Positions 30,133 to 32,000 of a DNA stretch of 32,000 bases are shown piece after piece. The notes beneath the pieces were generated by a model. It had not been told where the DNA came from, ran no database searches, and was given only the letters and a program-made list of their open reading frames with translations. This DNA comes from Myxococcales bacterium. Its GTDB lineage: Bacteria; Myxococcota_A; Polyangia; Haliangiales; Haliangiaceae. The stretch's first letter is position 1. The number at the start of each line of letters is the position of its first letter. Position numbers and translations under genes: made by a program. The stretch lies in the NCBI GenBank assembly GCA_016717005.1, contig JADJUF010000037.1:759011-791010 (forward strand), given 5' to 3'.

Positions 30133-30146
30133 GATCGAGCTCGATC
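30133..30146. promoter_or_regulatory. Perfect 14-bp palindrome GATCGAGCTCGATC in a divergent intergenic region
   Basis: It lies between the divergent starts at 30101 (-) and 30272 (+). Confidence 0.3.
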
Positions 30147-30271
30147 TGCGCCGCGCGGTGACCGCCGCGTGCGCCGCGCCTGGCGGCCTCGGCCGGCTGC
30201 GACCGCGCACCGCTGGCCCGCCGCTGGCGCCCGGGGTGTCGCGCGTGGCAGGATCGAGCCTGGAGGCTCGG

Positions 30272-30523
30272 ATGCCGCTTCGTACATACTTCATCCAGGT
30301 CGGCGACCAGGTGTTCCTCGAGGAAGGCGGCGAGGAGATCGGCGCCGTCCGCATGGTCGAGAAGGACCACATCGTGATCTACATCGAGGGCGCCGGGGAC
30401 TTCACGCTGACGGGCCCCGAGATCGCCGCGGTCCACGACGGCAAGGTCCGGCTCGCGCCGACCAAGCTGCCGCCCGTGCTGCTCGGCGCCGCCCAGGCCG
30501 CGCACGCGCAAGAGTCCGACTGA
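30272..30523 (+). CDS. Small hypothetical protein (83 aa)
   Basis: Inside ORF 30158..30523+. ATG 30272 has GGAGG at 30262-30266. MPLRTYFIQVGDQVFLEEGGEEIGAVRMVEKDHIVIYIEGAGDF... Confidence 0.6.
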   Translation: MPLRTYFIQVGDQVFLEEGGEEIGAVRMVEKDHIVIYIEGAGDFTLTGPEIAAVHDGKVRLAPTKLPPVLLGAAQAAHAQESD

Positions 30524-30578
30524 GCCGCCACCGCTCGGCCGCGGGCGCCGTGACCACGCCCGCCCGGCCGTCGACGGG

Positions 30579-32000
30579 TCAGCGCCGGATCGCGCCGTGG
30601 GGCGTGCCCTCGCCGTAGCCGGCCAGGCTCTGGACCCCGACGACGGCGCGGTCGGTGAACTCGGCGAGCGTGCGCGCGCCGACGTAGGTCAGCGCCGACT
30701 GCACGCCGGTGATCATGTTCATCAGCACGGCGCCGACGCTCTCGGCGCCCTCGCGGATGTAGATGCGCGAGCTCGAGATGCCCTCGCGGAAGAACCCCTT
30801 CTTGGCGGCCTCGAACGGGTCGAGGTCGGCCGCGCGATCGCCGACCGCGCGGCCGCTCGCCATGCCGTAGTTCTCCTTGTACAGGTGGCCCTCGCGGTCC
30901 TCCTTGACGTCGCCGGGGCTCTCGTAGGTGCCGGCCAGCGCGGTGCCGATCATCACGCGCGCGGCGCCGGCCGCGAGGTACAGCGCGACGTCGCGCGGGT
31001 GGCGGACGCCGCCGTCGGCCCAGACGTGCTTGCCGTGGGTCCGGGCCTCGCGCGCGCACGCCAGCACGCTCGAGAACGTCGGCCGCCCGGCGCCGGTCTG
31101 CATCCGGGTCGTGCACATCGCCCCCGGCCCGACGTTGACCTTGACGACGTCGGCGCCGGCCTCGATCAGCGCGCGGGTGCCCTCGGCGGTGCAGACGTTG
31201 CCGGCGACCAGCGGCACCCGCTCCCCGACCACCGCGCGGACCGCGCGCAGCGCCTCGAGCATGCGGCGCTGGTGGCCGTGGGCGGTGTCGATCACGATCG
31301 CCGACACGCCCAGCTCGAGCAGCTGCGCGGCGGTGGTCGCGGCCTCGGCCGAGATGCCGATCGCCGCGGCCACCATGAGCTGGCCGCGCGCGCCGAGCGC
31401 CGGGCGCAGGAGCTCGAGCCGGACCGCGTCGGTGCGGGTGATCACGCCCAGCAGCCGGCCGTCGCCATCGAGCACGGGCGCCGCCTTGACCCGGGCCTCG
31501 TCCATCGCCAGGAACGCGTCGCGGTTCGAGACGTCGGCCGGCAGCGTGAACAGGCGCTGCGACATCAGCCGCGCCGCCGGCACGTACTGATCGCGGTCGC
31601 GCAGGTCGGCGTGGGTGACGATGCCGATCGGCCGGCGGTCGTCGTCGACCACGACCACGAGATCGTGCGAGCGCTTGCGGATGATCCCCTGGACGTCGCG
31701 CAAGGTCGCCCGGGGCGACACCGCCAGCGGCGTGTCGAAGCGGATGTCGGCGGTGTGGATGTGGGTGACGATGCGCTCGACGGTCTCGAGCGCCATGTCC
31801 TGCGGCAGCACGCCGAGGCCGCCGAACCGGGCCATCGTCTCGGCCATGCGCTTGCCGGTCACCGCGTTCATGTTCGCCGAGACGATCGGGTGGGCCCCGC
31901 CGGCGAAGTCGGGCGGCGCCAGATCGGTGTCGAGGCGCGAGCCGCCGTCGAAGTAGCCCGGGCTCAGGAAGACGTCGTCGGTCGACAGCTCGAGCTGCTC
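30579..32000 (-). CDS. guaB1: GuaB1-type IMP dehydrogenase/GMP reductase family protein with CBS pair (5' end beyond the window)
   Basis: The track ORF is 30579..31871-, but the frame stays open to base 32000. My translation there reads EQLELSTDDVFLSPGYFDGGSRLDTDLAPPDFAGGAHPIVSANMNAVTGKRMAE. The catalytic loop is VGPGAMCTTR and a CBS pair lies in the N-terminal half. The N-terminus resembles mycobacterial GuaB1 as I recall it. Confidence 0.85.
   Translation of the reverse strand, partial: EQLELSTDDVFLSPGYFDGGSRLDTDLAPPDFAGGAHPIVSANMNAVTGKRMAETMARFGGLGVLPQDMALETVERIVTHIHTADIRFDTPLAVSPRATLRDVQGIIRKRSHDLVVVVDDDRRPIGIVTHADLRDRDQYVPAARLMSQRLFTLPADVSNRDAFLAMDEARVKAAPVLDGDGRLLGVITRTDAVRLELLRPALGARGQLMVAAAIGISAEAATTAAQLLELGVSAIVIDTAHGHQRRMLEALRAVRAVVGERVPLVAGNVCTAEGTRALIEAGADVVKVNVGPGAMCTTRMQTGAGRPTFSSVLACAREARTHGKHVWADGGVRHPRDVALYLAAGAARVMIGTALAGTYESPGDVKEDREGHLYKENYGMASGRAVGDRAADLDPFEAAKKGFFREGISSSRIYIREGAESVGAVLMNMITGVQSALTYVGARTLAEFTDRAVVGVQSLAGYGEGTPHGAIRR

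Noticed and set aside
1-32000. tRNA, rRNA, riboswitch or mobile-element genes.
   Set aside because: I found no cloverleaf-like or rRNA-like segments, no conserved riboswitch cores I recognise, and no transposase or integrase-like translations in any frame. This was judged by eye only, so small ncRNAs cannot be excluded.

Overview
Very GC-rich DNA (by eye above 70% G+C, not computed). It is almost certainly chromosomal DNA from a myxobacterium: one protein ends in a MYXO-CTERM-type sorting tail, about half the proteins start with a signal peptide ending in a lipobox Cys, and a bacterial C-type lectin is present. I call 40 protein genes. The first and last run off the window. Product names come from motifs I recognise in the translations; no BLAST or HMM search was possible. 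Recognisable genes include lspA, msrA, a Pth2-type peptidyl-tRNA hydrolase, a CocE/NonD hydrolase, a YkgJ Cys-cluster protein, a TetR regulator, a SWIM zinc-finger protein, a metallophosphoesterase, a TTTGYG potassium channel with RCK domains, a tandem PhnB/VOC-like protein, a 2H phosphoesterase and a GuaB1-type IMPDH-family enzyme. I saw no rRNA, tRNA, CRISPR array, transposase or integrase. Most very long ORFs in the track are Arg/Ala/Gly/Pro-rich shadow frames of the real genes and were discarded. The most unusual feature is structural. At five separate loci a gene is followed, starting at its own stop codon, by tandem copies of its own 3' end with the stop included: 6340-6512, 12598-13139, 15459-15722, 24707-25071 and 27466-27559. 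Copies range from perfect to progressively decayed, and several carry a strong GC hairpin over or just after the stop. The second notable signal is a 16-bp AT-rich palindrome (consensus GAATGAACATTCATTC). It occurs four times, only in the promoter island of the TetR gene and in that of a lipase-fold gene 7 kb away. That lipase-fold protein has Cys in place of the nucleophile Ser.
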